DNA of 51,150 nucleotides. It comes from a virus (Duplodnaviria > Caudoviricetes). The DNA lies in IMG/VR virus record IMGVR_UViG_3300044653_000021, positions 1 to 51,150 of that record; one strand, given 5' to 3'. The position numbers and the translations under genes were made by a program. Of the stretch, positions 9,100-18,368 are shown one piece after another (within the stretch, counting starts at the first letter, position 1; the number at the start of each line of letters is the position of its first letter). The notes under the pieces were generated by a model, which was not told the origin of the DNA, ran no database searches, and was given only the letters and a program-made list of their open reading frames with translations.

Positions 9100-9879
9100 T
9101 TAAGCCCTCGCTAGTACTTTCTGTTCTTCCGCAGCCATTTCAGCATTTTGATCTGCCCATTCTTTTGGAGTCATACCATAACGAGCAGCCTGCGCTTTTT
9201 CAATCTCTGTTAACATATCTTCTGGTTTCTTACCAGTATTATCATTACCAATATTACCATTCCCACCACCTCCACCGCCACCGCTGGTAGATGCTACGAG
9301 ATTATATTTACCTTCTCGTTTATCCGTATCTCGTTGAATTTCTTCTGCATGGGAACCCTTTACCATATTAATAATTTTCCCAAGAAGTTTATCAGGATCA
9401 AAATCTTTATTCATGGCAAAGTTCTCTGGCTTATAAGAACCCCACTCATCCATAATCTCTTTAGCAAGAGCTTCGTTCTTAAATAATGGTGAGGCCATTT
9501 TAGCACGATCTAATGCCAAGTCCATACGCATCTTAGTTGCATTGATGGCAGTAAAAGCAATAGATTGGCCTACTTTCTTATTAACGAATCCTACTGCATC
9601 GGTTAAAAAAGCAGCCGTATCATCTTCGGTCTGATTGTTGTTATTATTGTTATTGTTGTTATTATTTCCTTCACCCTCTTTATTAGTAGGTGTCCTAAGA
9701 CGAGTTTCTAATTCCCCAAGACTTTTTGTAAGAGCCTCTGTAACAGAAGTAGTAATCTTCGTTTCCATTGCAGTTAACTCTTCTTTAGTAACACCCTTTG
9801 CCTTTAACTCCGTAAGATCATCAGGATTCAATCCTGCTTTAACAAGATCCTCTTTCGTTAATTCTTTTCCCCAGGCCAT
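9100..9879 (-). CDS. putative capsid scaffolding protein
   Basis: helical, charged, poly-Asn and poly-Gly linkers, C-terminal LTEIEK.QA.RYGMTPKEW motif; between portal and MCP. Confidence 0.65.
   Translation of the reverse strand: MAWGKELTKEDLVKAGLNPDDLTELKAKGVTKEELTAMETKITTSVTEALTKSLGELETRLRTPTNKEGEGNNNNNNNNNNNQTEDDTAAFLTDAVGFVNKKVGQSIAFTAINATKMRMDLALDRAKMASPLFKNEALAKEIMDEWGSYKPENFAMNKDFDPDKLLGKIINMVKGSHAEEIQRDTDKREGKYNLVASTSGGGGGGGNGNIGNDNTGKKPEDMLTEIEKAQAARYGMTPKEWADQNAEMAAEEQKVLARA
9633..9667 (-). repeat. AAT/AAC trinucleotide tract encoding poly-Asn in the scaffold
   Basis: ttgttgttattattgttattgttgttattatt run on the plus strand. Confidence 0.8.
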
Positions 9880-10184
9880 TAGTTTTTAGCTCCTTCCTTA
9901 ACAATCTTTTCTAATCTATCTTTAAGACTTAACAAATCCTTTACCATAAAAATCTTCCCACGAATAACATCCGAGATATCACGTCCTTGTGAATTAACAA
10001 AATTAAAAGTTAACTCATTATTTAATTGAGTTAAGATGTTATTGTAATAATTGTCCAGTAGGCCCTGCTCCGGCTGCTTTAGGTGCAGGAGTACCTCCTG
10101 TTTGCGTTCCATTATTTTGCTGAGTTCCGGGTTGATTACCTTGTCCACCTTGTTCTGCTGATCCTTGAACGTTTGGTTGTCCAT
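9879..10184 (-). CDS. small head-module protein overlapping the portal 3' end
   Basis: own AAGGAG RBS inside the portal gene; IRGKI..VKDLL motif typical of the small gene after portals. Confidence 0.6.
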   Translation of the reverse strand: MDNQTFKDQQNKVDKVINPELSKIMERKQEVLLHLKQPEQGLLDNYYNNILTQLNNELTFNFVNSQGRDISDVIRGKIFMVKDLLSLKDRLEKIVKEGAKN

Positions 10185-12006
10185 TACTCTGGCTCCTTAG
10201 TTTATTTAAAATCTCTACCTCTGGTTGCATACGAGATATATCATCATAGTTAAAGGCACGAAGTAACTTACCCATAACATATGCTTGTGCACTTATGGAA
10301 CCCATAATATACTCTTTTAAAGGTTCTGGCACAGACGGGTTTAATACACCTTGTAATAACTGTCCTATAGCTCCGAAATGCCTATTCATTACTTGCGTAA
10401 ATAGCATTCCAGTTTGCTTTTCGATTTCTTTATTAATGCTAGCTGTCGCTGCCTTAATAGGTAATTCTAAACGACCTGACTTGATATTCTCCATTGCTCT
10501 CTGGAGAATTTCTTTTTGTTTTCCAAGATACTTAAGTCGCTCGTCCCCGACTCCAAAATATGCATACTGTCTAACAGACTTCTGTCCTACATTAAGATGC
10601 ATATATCGAAAGTCTGTGACATTGATATTAATTCTTCTGTTACCTGCCTGCATGATAGAAAAGGTGCCCATGCTGTTATAATTACCTTTTTTATCTACTG
10701 TACCACTTCCCATACCTTCTCCACCGGGAATATCTGTTCCGAATCTAGCCTTTGCAAGTGCTATTGTAAGCTGCTCCTCCGCAACACTACTTGGATAGTT
10801 TGCTCCGAGTTGGACGATATCAACATCATTCTTATCAAACGGCAACACAGCCATAGGAAATAAACTAATACCAGCATCAATCCTAGCATTACGACCGCCA
10901 AGGAGAACTGAAGTATTAGCGAGAGTACGGTTATCAACACGCTGATTATGTCCAGTGGATACCTCTTCTTGATACATCTCTCCCATTTCTGCAAAGCCGT
11001 ATCCTATAAGCCCATCTTCACTATAACCAAGCCTGCAATACTCAAAAGGTTCATCATTTTTAGGGTAGAAATTAAAGAAAGCTGACATTCGCTTTCCCTG
11101 TCCAGCGTTATCTCCGTGACCCAGATGGATAGTATAAAGGATGCTGAATAAAACATCGTCATGCCAATATTTAAACCAGCATTCATAAAATGTCCATGTT
11201 GCAATACTCTTCCCACTTGGCTGCGGTGGATCAATATTCTGCAACCTTAACTTCTCTTCATCCTCCGTGCTAATGCTTTCATTAGTTGGAGAGTTTTTGA
11301 TATCTTCCCATGCTTCCTTATCAAACGCCCCGAAGAATACTCGTTCCTCACATTTGTTTTTAGTGAGTGTGTATTTATGATACTTGAAATTTGCCGACTC
11401 CCATGTACTAGCTCCGGGTGTTGCTGCCCAATCTTCATAAGCTAGTTTCTCAGGTCTTGGACCATCATATATAATCTCTTTCTCATACATCGGCTTACTG
11501 TTAGAATCTATTCCTGTTACCACCGCTTCTGTTTCTGTTACCCAGGGTAACTTAATTAGAACTGATCCTAACCCAGCATTATCATGTGCGGCTCGGCTTT
11601 CTACACGATATAAATCTAACTCTTTCTTACTAAGCCCCATTAAATTAAGGAACTCTTCCAGTGCAACACGTTGCTTATCTCCCTGTTCTGCTTCCTCAAA
11701 ATCCCCCACAAGACCAGCAGAAAATAGGGGAAGAATCTCATATATACTCCCAAGCTGGGTAGCTTTAAGTACATCGACATTTTCCCCTATTAACTGGATT
11801 ATTACATTGCTGGCGTTAGGCCAAGGGAAGTTACGTGTTTCTTCTCTTGGCTTACCTTTAATCAACCTACGCCATTTAGGAACCAAGTTTTCATGCAGGT
11901 TTGCATAGGAGTTCTTCAAGGACGTGAGATTGTCATAGACATATTTGTCTAAGGCTTTATTCTCGTCCTCTCCGAAATCTACTTTTACTGGTTTCAATAA
12001 TGACAT
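10039..12006 (-). CDS. portal protein
   Basis: 655 aa; FPWPNASN motif, YECW, GYGFAEM...QEEV...HNQRVDN segments; downstream of terminase. Confidence 0.85.
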   Translation of the reverse strand: MSLLKPVKVDFGEDENKALDKYVYDNLTSLKNSYANLHENLVPKWRRLIKGKPREETRNFPWPNASNVIIQLIGENVDVLKATQLGSIYEILPLFSAGLVGDFEEAEQGDKQRVALEEFLNLMGLSKKELDLYRVESRAAHDNAGLGSVLIKLPWVTETEAVVTGIDSNSKPMYEKEIIYDGPRPEKLAYEDWAATPGASTWESANFKYHKYTLTKNKCEERVFFGAFDKEAWEDIKNSPTNESISTEDEEKLRLQNIDPPQPSGKSIATWTFYECWFKYWHDDVLFSILYTIHLGHGDNAGQGKRMSAFFNFYPKNDEPFEYCRLGYSEDGLIGYGFAEMGEMYQEEVSTGHNQRVDNRTLANTSVLLGGRNARIDAGISLFPMAVLPFDKNDVDIVQLGANYPSSVAEEQLTIALAKARFGTDIPGGEGMGSGTVDKKGNYNSMGTFSIMQAGNRRININVTDFRYMHLNVGQKSVRQYAYFGVGDERLKYLGKQKEILQRAMENIKSGRLELPIKAATASINKEIEKQTGMLFTQVMNRHFGAIGQLLQGVLNPSVPEPLKEYIMGSISAQAYVMGKLLRAFNYDDISRMQPEVEILNKLRSQSNGQPNVQGSAEQGGQGNQPGTQQNNGTQTGGTPAPKAAGAGPTGQLLQ

Positions 12007-12029
12007 AAGATGATTGTCTTTGGGAAAAC

Positions 12030-12494
12030 TTACTTACCAAAAGGTTTAAAAACCGCAGGTACTGGTGCAATAGTTGGTGTTGGTACAGAGGCTATTACTG
12101 TTCCAGTACTATTAACACCATTTGAACTTAATGAGTTAAGAATTTCTGCTACAGCATTCGTTAAGTCTGTACAACCTTGGATAAACAAAGTTTCATTAGT
12201 GATTTGATGCCCACTTACTAATTCACTAGTCTTAACAATATTCGCCACCAACGGTGCCGCGGCAGCTAGTTTCTGTGGACCAGTACCCTGTCCTTGTAAC
12301 AAGGCTTCTGCCTGTACAACAACACCACCAATAGCAGTTAAATCATTTACAGCAGTACCTACACTACTTGTAACTCCAGGTGCTTTACTACCAAATAATG
12401 GTGTTACTAATGGCATAACACCAGTAGCAATAGCTATACCTTCTGCTAAATATTTACCTAACTTACTAAGAAACGTTAAAGCTCCATTTGCCAT
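12030..12494 (-). CDS. hydrophobic hypothetical protein (lysis- or virion-associated)
   Basis: 154 aa Ala/Val-rich, G.GPQKL motif, next to holin-like genes. Confidence 0.5.
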   Translation of the reverse strand: MANGALTFLSKLGKYLAEGIAIATGVMPLVTPLFGSKAPGVTSSVGTAVNDLTAIGGVVVQAEALLQGQGTGPQKLAAAAPLVANIVKTSELVSGHQITNETLFIQGCTDLTNAVAEILNSLSSNGVNSTGTVIASVPTPTIAPVPAVFKPFGK

Positions 12495-12501
12495 AAGACT
12501 C

Positions 12502-12789
12502 CTATTTCTTTTTATCTGGAAAAGGTTTCCAGGCTTGTTGTGGTAAAGGATTATTTACTTCATCCTCTTTCGTAGCTTTATTAACTTCAGTTACATTACT
12601 ATGATTATCTGAATCTTTTGCTGCTGCTGCCCCAAGACCAAGTAACAATCCCAACACTGCCGATCGCCAATTACAGGGCTGATTATTAATCCATTCTTGA
12701 ATACATACAACAGCCTGTGGGATAGTATATATAAATGCAATCAATGAAACTAAATTTGTTTTCCAATTCCTTTGTATATTCTGCCACAT
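12502..12789 (-). CDS. putative holin
   Basis: two hydrophobic segments, NWKT N-terminal motif, AAKD followed by a charged tail. Confidence 0.6.
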   Translation of the reverse strand: MWQNIQRNWKTNLVSLIAFIYTIPQAVVCIQEWINNQPCNWRSAVLGLLLGLGAAAAKDSDNHSNVTEVNKATKEDEVNNPLPQQAWKPFPDKKK

Positions 12790-12793
12790 TGTT

Positions 12794-13009
12794 TTAATAA
12801 TCCTTAGAGTCTTTCCAATAATTAGGATCTTTAGAACTTAAATACTTCTCAATCCTTGTTGTCTGTTGTTGCATGTCTTGTATGATTTTTAAATGTGTCT
12901 CATAATTATTCATCATACTCCCATACCCAACGGCTAGACCACCTATAAGTATTAGTACATGAAAAACGGTCCCTATATTAATTTCCCAATTTATTCTCGG
13001 AGTTTCCAT
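12794..13009 (-). CDS. small membrane protein (holin/antiholin-like)
   Basis: one TM segment followed by a coiled-coil-like tail. Confidence 0.5.
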   Translation of the reverse strand: METPRINWEINIGTVFHVLILIGGLAVGYGSMMNNYETHLKIIQDMQQQTTRIEKYLSSKDPNYWKDSKDY

Positions 13010-13068
13010 TATCTTTCTTTCTCCGCCCTAGTTCGTTCTGTAAATTAACTATTTCCGCATTGAACATA

Positions 13069-14958
13069 CTAATACCCCGTGACAGAATTCCTCCCAGCAT
13101 GTAACATCATAGCTTGTTTCTGCTGTTGTAATATAAAACCATCCATCTCTGGTTCACTCATTCTACTTAAATCAAGATTCTGCAACCCATGTCCTAAAAT
13201 ATCGAGGATATCCCTAGTTGCACAATGAGGGTATTCATTATATTCTTCCATAAACTTTTGCGTAAAGCCTGTCTGGTCGTTCTGACAAACCCATATCTGC
13301 CCCCGACGAAAAAATGGCTCTGCGTCCTCAATACGATCACTTTTCGCATTGTCACTCCGGTTGTCTTTAAATTCATTTATTTGATGGAAGTACCACTTTC
13401 CTAATGAACTTCTAAGTTTATCCTCAATCTCAAATGCCGTCTTACACCATGTTTGTCCTGCACTTATTTCGACCCATATCTCTCTAATCCGCCATTTCTC
13501 CGCCATAACATACGCATGGTGCATAATATCTTCCCGACTACAGGTATCAGCACGTCCATCAAGTATGTAAAGATTAAAAGGATCACGATTGATTCCAAGA
13601 AGCATAAGAGCATGATTCGCACGGCCTGTTTCTCCTTTATGATTCGGATCAATCATAAGCATTTTAGTGAGATTAGAAGTAGCTATATCTTTAGGAAGAA
13701 CACCATTATTCATCTCGTGGCGGACTGTCATATGGCGCTTGCTTACCATATCTTCGTGTGGGACAATCTGGTAGCCTTGTGTACCGAAAGAACCACTTTC
13801 GGACATAGGGATATTAATATTTATTTGTTTCCAACCGGGAGCAGCTTTGCTTATAGTGGTGGAAATTAATACATAATGTCGAAGCCACTCAGATTTAAAG
13901 GTATTTCCACCGGGAGGTATTGGTCGATTACGAAACTGACATGAATAAAAATATTCCCCAAGACGTTGACGCATTCTTAATAACTTAACCATCGACCATT
14001 CTTCAGGGAATATTGGTATTCCGGGTGGATGTAGTTCACAGCAACCACCTTCAGCATCATGTGTATGGAATTTGAAATAAGGAAGTTCTTTCTTAATCTT
14101 CCAATTAAGATCATGGAATGACCAACGATTTCCATTTACTACTTCATCACATTCCATGTCCGGATTAGTTGGATCAGAATCAAAAGCGCCTACTGCAAGT
14201 TGCATCCATTCCCATGTACTAAGAGCAACAAGTTCAGACTTAAGAGCATCTTTTCCATAGAGATCATCAAATACAAGGCGGCGATAATGTTTAGACTGAA
14301 GAGCAGCATCGACTCCCGTAAATTCATATGTCCCTTCACCTTGATTAGCATCTCCTTTTGTATAATCACGGAGATGTGTCATAGTGTCTGCTGTCCACTG
14401 ACACGATGTATTAGGAAGAATCTCAGGAAATAATTGTTTAAAGAAATTATTATTCTTATACTCTGACGATATCTTCTTCCCTACCTTCCATGCATTAGTA
14501 ATAGTCTCCATTGCTATCAATGTACGTGTATTTTGATCGTGAGCACGATGCATCCAAGCAATCCATTCATCACCATAACCAAGTGCCCTCATCATTCGCT
14601 CATCACGATCATTAAACGGCAAGGCCCACCAAATAGGCATACCGACACTACCAATGGTGGTTTTAAAATGATCTCTAGGTACTTCAAATACTTCTTTCAA
14701 AGACCAACTCTGAAAGGCATCACAATATTGACGATGAAAAGAATTAGAAAGCCTATGTTTACGAAGGATGAATTTAATGAAATAGAAGTTATCACCAAGG
14801 GCATTTAAACGATGGGAAAGGTTTTGGACATATGGGGAGAGTTTTGTACTAGGTGGGATTATATTCCAACGATAAGCATAGGACGTTCTATTGACTTCTT
14901 GTGTCAAGTCAACTTGCGGACTACTAATATCAGAGATATCTGTGAGGATTGTTGACAT
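13069..14958 (-). CDS. terL: terminase large subunit
   Basis: Walker A-like VPRDHFKTT, Walker B LVFDDL, NGNRWSFHDL motif, YSCQFRNRP, nuclease MIDPN, K.DRI and DILD motifs. Confidence 0.9.
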   Translation of the reverse strand: MSTILTDISDISSPQVDLTQEVNRTSYAYRWNIIPPSTKLSPYVQNLSHRLNALGDNFYFIKFILRKHRLSNSFHRQYCDAFQSWSLKEVFEVPRDHFKTTIGSVGMPIWWALPFNDRDERMMRALGYGDEWIAWMHRAHDQNTRTLIAMETITNAWKVGKKISSEYKNNNFFKQLFPEILPNTSCQWTADTMTHLRDYTKGDANQGEGTYEFTGVDAALQSKHYRRLVFDDLYGKDALKSELVALSTWEWMQLAVGAFDSDPTNPDMECDEVVNGNRWSFHDLNWKIKKELPYFKFHTHDAEGGCCELHPPGIPIFPEEWSMVKLLRMRQRLGEYFYSCQFRNRPIPPGGNTFKSEWLRHYVLISTTISKAAPGWKQININIPMSESGSFGTQGYQIVPHEDMVSKRHMTVRHEMNNGVLPKDIATSNLTKMLMIDPNHKGETGRANHALMLLGINRDPFNLYILDGRADTCSREDIMHHAYVMAEKWRIREIWVEISAGQTWCKTAFEIEDKLRSSLGKWYFHQINEFKDNRSDNAKSDRIEDAEPFFRRGQIWVCQNDQTGFTQKFMEEYNEYPHCATRDILDILGHGLQNLDLSRMSEPEMDGFILQQQKQAMMLHAGRNSVTGY

Positions 14959-14990
14959 TATATCAATTGTTTCTTGTACGAATCCAATTG

Positions 14991-15311
14991 TTATCTCGCA
15001 AATGCACAGCTAAATCGACGCCGGAAATCGCGTCGATTATGGTATTTAAATCCTGTATTATTTTTAAGATGTAAATACAATCTATTAAGATAACACGCCA
15101 ACCATGCTCTGTAACTTATTTGAAATCTTCGTTCTACTATAATTGGTGATCTATCACATTTACTTTCAAATAATCCTACTTGAGAATTGCAAAAATCACA
15201 TAACCAACCACGTATTACATTAGTATCATGATTGTGATCTATTACCAACCTTTTTGTTTTTGTTTCCGCTGGTAATTTACCACAAATAAAACACATTGGC
15301 TGTGGTTTCAT
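14991..15311 (-). CDS. endonuclease VII-family (His-Me finger) nuclease, probably a free-standing homing endonuclease
   Basis: CFICG...LVIDHNHDTNVIRGWLCDFCN motif. Confidence 0.85.
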   Translation of the reverse strand: MKPQPMCFICGKLPAETKTKRLVIDHNHDTNVIRGWLCDFCNSQVGLFESKCDRSPIIVERRFQISYRAWLACYLNRLYLHLKNNTGFKYHNRRDFRRRFSCAFAR

Positions 15312-15685
15312 TAATTCACCGTAACCGTAAGTCCTGTAGGTGCGACTGGTACTTGCGCCCGAAACACACTATAGGTTACGCCGGATGTTGTACTAGCAAC
15401 CCAGCTTAACGCTACAGTGTGTGTTCCTGTGATCGGGATTGTTACGTTCAGGACGAGATTACTACAGGCAAAGCCAGCAAAATCATTAGCAGTTACGATA
15501 TATGCGTAGGTTGTGTTATCTACTGGGGTAGAGTCCGTATAGGATGTTGTTGTTATTCCAGAGATTAATTGTACACTAGGAGAAGCAGTGTCTGTATTAC
15601 ACTGTGCTTGTGTAGTCTGCGCCGCTGCACATTGCCCGATGGCGGCCAGGAAAAGTAATGCGGCTATAATATAGAGGCGTTTCAT
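15311..15685 (-). CDS. secreted fibronectin-III-like protein
   Basis: signal peptide MKRLYIIAALLFLAAIGQCAAA-Q; TSYTDST...YAYIVTA, VALSW.AS...YSVFRA and PVAPTGLTV FN3-like motifs. Confidence 0.65.
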   Translation of the reverse strand: MKRLYIIAALLFLAAIGQCAAAQTTQAQCNTDTASPSVQLISGITTTSYTDSTPVDNTTYAYIVTANDFAGFACSNLVLNVTIPITGTHTVALSWVASTTSGVTYSVFRAQVPVAPTGLTVTVN

Positions 15686-15686
15686 A

Positions 15687-16241
15687 TTAATGAGTGCTTT
15701 CTGTTAATGGCGGAGTGTTTATACTCGGCGCTGGCGGATTGGGTAACGATGCCCCGCCCCCGTTTGGGTGATTATTCTTCAATGCATTAATCATCTCCAA
15801 CACTGCCCTATTATCCTTATCATCTGCTATACCACCCTGTTCAGCAGTAGGAGTTCCAATTCTGCTAACTTTCGCAAAGCGCCCATCCCTGTCTAGAATA
15901 TCATTAAACGCCTTATTCTTAACTCTCTCATCCTTGGCCGTAAGTGCCTGTTTAACCAAACCTTGCATTGCTATCGGGACAGCAAATTCTAATGTCTCTT
16001 GGCTAATATTGTAGCCATTTTTAATCTTCGTATCAAAGTTAGTTAGCAATCCTGTCATATACTGATTATGTATTGTCTGATACAAAGGAGATGCTTTTAG
16101 AACGGAGAACCGCCCAATACTCAACCCACACAACAAAGCAATCTGCGTTGAATTAAGCTGCGGATTATCCAACTCCAGCCTAACCAACAGATTGATCTTG
16201 TCTATCGTCCTTTGATGCGGTTTGTTGCTGTGTCTTGCCAT
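15687..16241 (-). CDS. putative terminase small subunit
   Basis: N-terminal HTH-like segment, A...L......DERVK..A..DILDRDG motif, first large gene of the late arm. Confidence 0.6.
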   Translation of the reverse strand: MARHSNKPHQRTIDKINLLVRLELDNPQLNSTQIALLCGLSIGRFSVLKASPLYQTIHNQYMTGLLTNFDTKIKNGYNISQETLEFAVPIAMQGLVKQALTAKDERVKNKAFNDILDRDGRFAKVSRIGTPTAEQGGIADDKDNRAVLEMINALKNNHPNGGGASLPNPPAPSINTPPLTESTH

Positions 16242-16344
16242 AATACTCTTTTATGTGTAACAAAAGGGCATTAGCTAACGGGCCACTATCAATATCCTCA
16301 CCGCTATTGTCCATAGCTTTTTGAGATTCAATAGTAGTATCCAT
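16180..16344 (-). CDS. possible small hypothetical protein (54 aa, MDTTIESQKA...)
   Basis: read by eye, below the ORF-track cut-off; overlaps the start of the terminase small subunit candidate. Confidence 0.3.
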   Translation of the reverse strand: MDTTIESQKAMDNSGEDIDSGPLANALLLHIKEYYGKTQQQTASKDDRQDQSVG

Positions 16345-16462
16345 ACACTAATGCCCTCTCGCTCCCGGTAAGGCCTTCTGTGCCCATGCCTATTGGACAC
16401 AACTCTATCCTTTATATACACGCATGTCCAATAATATCCGCCCTTGTCTACCAACACTTTAC

Positions 16463-16491
16463 AATTTATTTTTCCAAACCCCGCCTGTCTA
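16463..16491 (-). promoter_or_regulatory. putative sigma70-like promoter for the morphogenesis arm
   Basis: minus strand TAGACA-17 nt-TAAATT. Confidence 0.45.
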
Positions 16492-16794
16492 CAAAAACTC
16501 CCTCCGACCAACTCTTAACAACACTAACTTAGTACAATCAAACTCCCATTATTACACAATTTCCCTTAATAGAGATGATTATTTACTCCGAGTATATTAT
16601 TTTTTACAAAAAATTTTTGTGCAACGTATGCAATTTCATTACCAAACAAGTGTATTACTAGTGTCGCCTTGGTTAATAGCATAATGGTTAATACTTTGTA
16701 TCATAAAGTACTCTGTAGTAATCATTAGTATGATGATAGACTTACTTGTTTCAGTCGTTACAGAATTAACTGAATGATCTTTATTAAAATAAAC

Positions 16795-16822
16795 TTGACA
16801 CTGACCACGGCTGTGGTAGGAT
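16795..16822 (+). promoter_or_regulatory. strong sigma70-like early promoter
   Basis: TTGACA-16 nt-TAGGAT with extended -10 TGn and an AT-rich upstream element; spacer holds the inverted repeat accac...gtggt. Confidence 0.65.
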
Positions 16823-16824
16823 TA

Positions 16825-17120
16825 CACCATTACAGCAGGTTGATCGGTTGACCGGAATTGGCGTGAGGCGTGGTCAACACAACCGATGGTAATAGATGGC
16901 ACGATGATTACAGCGCGGACTGTGTAGTGTTAGACAGTCAGGCACATCAAAGCAAGCGCAATGCTATCATGTCCCATCTTGTATGACAAGCGGTACAGCT
17001 TAACTGCTGTTAGCTTGGTGCTGTTAGATCGGATGGCCTGAATTACAATGAATAGGCCAACGGTTGGTAACAGCAAGCCAAGTAATGGTGGGAGCTGCTT
17101 ACTCCGCAATCTTTTTTCTT
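16825..17120 (+). ncRNA. candidate large structured ncRNA (~270-290 nt), family unknown
   Basis: ends pair (caccattac 16825-33 / gtaatggtg 17082-90); several nested helices; hairpin plus T-run at 17091-17120; no credible ORF. Confidence 0.6.
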
Positions 17121-17137
17121 CTGCTAGTAGCCTAGAA

Positions 17138-17282
17138 AGTACAGGTTAATGAGTGGGAGTGAAAGAACACTGCCTTAACCAAAGCCTATCCACTAAGCAG
17201 GTAAGCTAGCATATCCTGTTCTTTAGTCTGATACGCAACTAGGACAGTACACTTCTCTCCCTCTCACGCGTTAACCTGTACT
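17138..17282 (+). ncRNA. candidate structured RNA / leader element (~145 nt)
   Basis: perfect 12 bp closing stem agtacaggttaa / ttaacctgtact extended by tgagtgggag / ctccctctca. Confidence 0.5.
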
Positions 17283-17317
17283 AATCAAGACTACAATTCA
17301 AAGCGGAGGATAATACA

Positions 17318-17761
17318 ATGCCAGTAGCAACGGAAGTAAAGACGGTTGTTCCGGTTGTGGGATTGGAGAACAAGGAAAACAAGGAAACCAGCAAACTTGA
17401 GCAAGTTACTACCACGATTGAGAAAGACAAAGAATCAATTGTGGTGGTGAATACTGCTACGACAACGTTGGTTGAGTTGGCCTTTGAGTTACAACGTAAT
17501 GAGGCTAACTCGTTTGACAATCCTTCTCAGTATCAGCGTTACATGCTTGAACAGGGGGCGATTAAGGAATTGAAGTATGGTTGCCAGCAAGCAATTGGAC
17601 GTTGGAAGAGTCTTGTGGTTAAGATGGCAGGGAGTCCTGCATATAAGGGAACTAAGACACAAGATGAAGTAGAACTCATTGCTAAAGGGCATCCGAAGTG
17701 TCAGACGATGCTCAAGGCAATGGAGCGGGCTGTGGCAATCAAGAAGCAATATAACTTCTAG
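17318..17761 (+). CDS. hypothetical early protein
   Basis: 147 aa, GGAGG RBS, first ORF of the early arm. Confidence 0.7.
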   Translation: MPVATEVKTVVPVVGLENKENKETSKLEQVTTTIEKDKESIVVVNTATTTLVELAFELQRNEANSFDNPSQYQRYMLEQGAIKELKYGCQQAIGRWKSLVVKMAGSPAYKGTKTQDEVELIAKGHPKCQTMLKAMERAVAIKKQYNF

Positions 17762-17827
17762 GTTACGCTAATAGTCTATGCTATGGTAAATAGCGGTGAC
17801 TAGGCTATTAGCAGGAGGAAAAAGAAT

Positions 17828-17992
17828 ATGTATTCGGATAATGATTCCCGTGGTGCTTACTGCCCTCAGTGCGGATTACATCATACGCATCATGATGATA
17901 GTATTTGTGGATTTCGTTATTATCACGACGAAATCAATCATGAGAGAGGATGGATTCCTGATTATGATGCAGAAGAACAAGCGCAAGACTAA
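17828..17992 (+). CDS. small Cys/His protein (54 aa, MYSDNDSRGAYCPQCGLHHTHH...)
   Basis: read by eye; AGGAGG RBS; CxxC and His cluster; absent from the ORF track. Confidence 0.6.
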   Translation: MYSDNDSRGAYCPQCGLHHTHHDDSICGFRYYHDEINHERGWIPDYDAEEQAQD

Positions 17993-18368
17993 CAAGACAT
18001 TGGATGAGATAATTGACTCGTTTGTATGTCCTGTTAGGTCGGATGAGCATAAGATTGCTCAGGAGAAACGGAGGATTTCTAATGAAGCAATACGGGTATA
18101 TAATCGCGCTTCTAGTATGCATGGGAATCCGTTTGCTGGTGATACTACGGTTTTGGATAAAGCCGTAGATAATAGGCGGGATTCTGTACCGTTAACGATG
18201 GATGAGATTATTGATAGCGTCCAGCATCCAAGGCGAGCATTTCGGGTTAAACGAAATTTGTCTCGTTTAATGCCGGATGTGGTTAGTCCGGAAGTTAGGC
18301 AAGTCTGGCTTGAGAAGATTCATGGTAGTAGGTTACGTGGGGCAAAATCATTAAAGGAGAAAAGTTAA
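17964..18368 (+). CDS. hypothetical basic protein
   Basis: start moved to MMQKNK; internal repeat TLDEIIDS / TMDEIIDS. Confidence 0.55.
   Translation: MMQKNKRKTNKTLDEIIDSFVCPVRSDEHKIAQEKRRISNEAIRVYNRASSMHGNPFAGDTTVLDKAVDNRRDSVPLTMDEIIDSVQHPRRAFRVKRNLSRLMPDVVSPEVRQVWLEKIHGSRLRGAKSLKEKS

Noticed and set aside
13680-13880. Intein in the terminase insertion
   Set aside because: The extra ~60 aa between the ATPase and nuclease regions lacks intein-like N-terminal and His-Asn C-terminal splice motifs and is too short.
15311-15685. Spanin or lipoprotein call
   Set aside because: IGQC is a poor lipobox, an AAA-Q signal peptidase I site follows, and the mature part looks FN3-like.
17138-17282. Retron msr-msd (a1/a2 inverted repeats) or DGR element
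   Set aside because: No reverse transcriptase was recognised in the genome and no template/variable repeat pair was seen.
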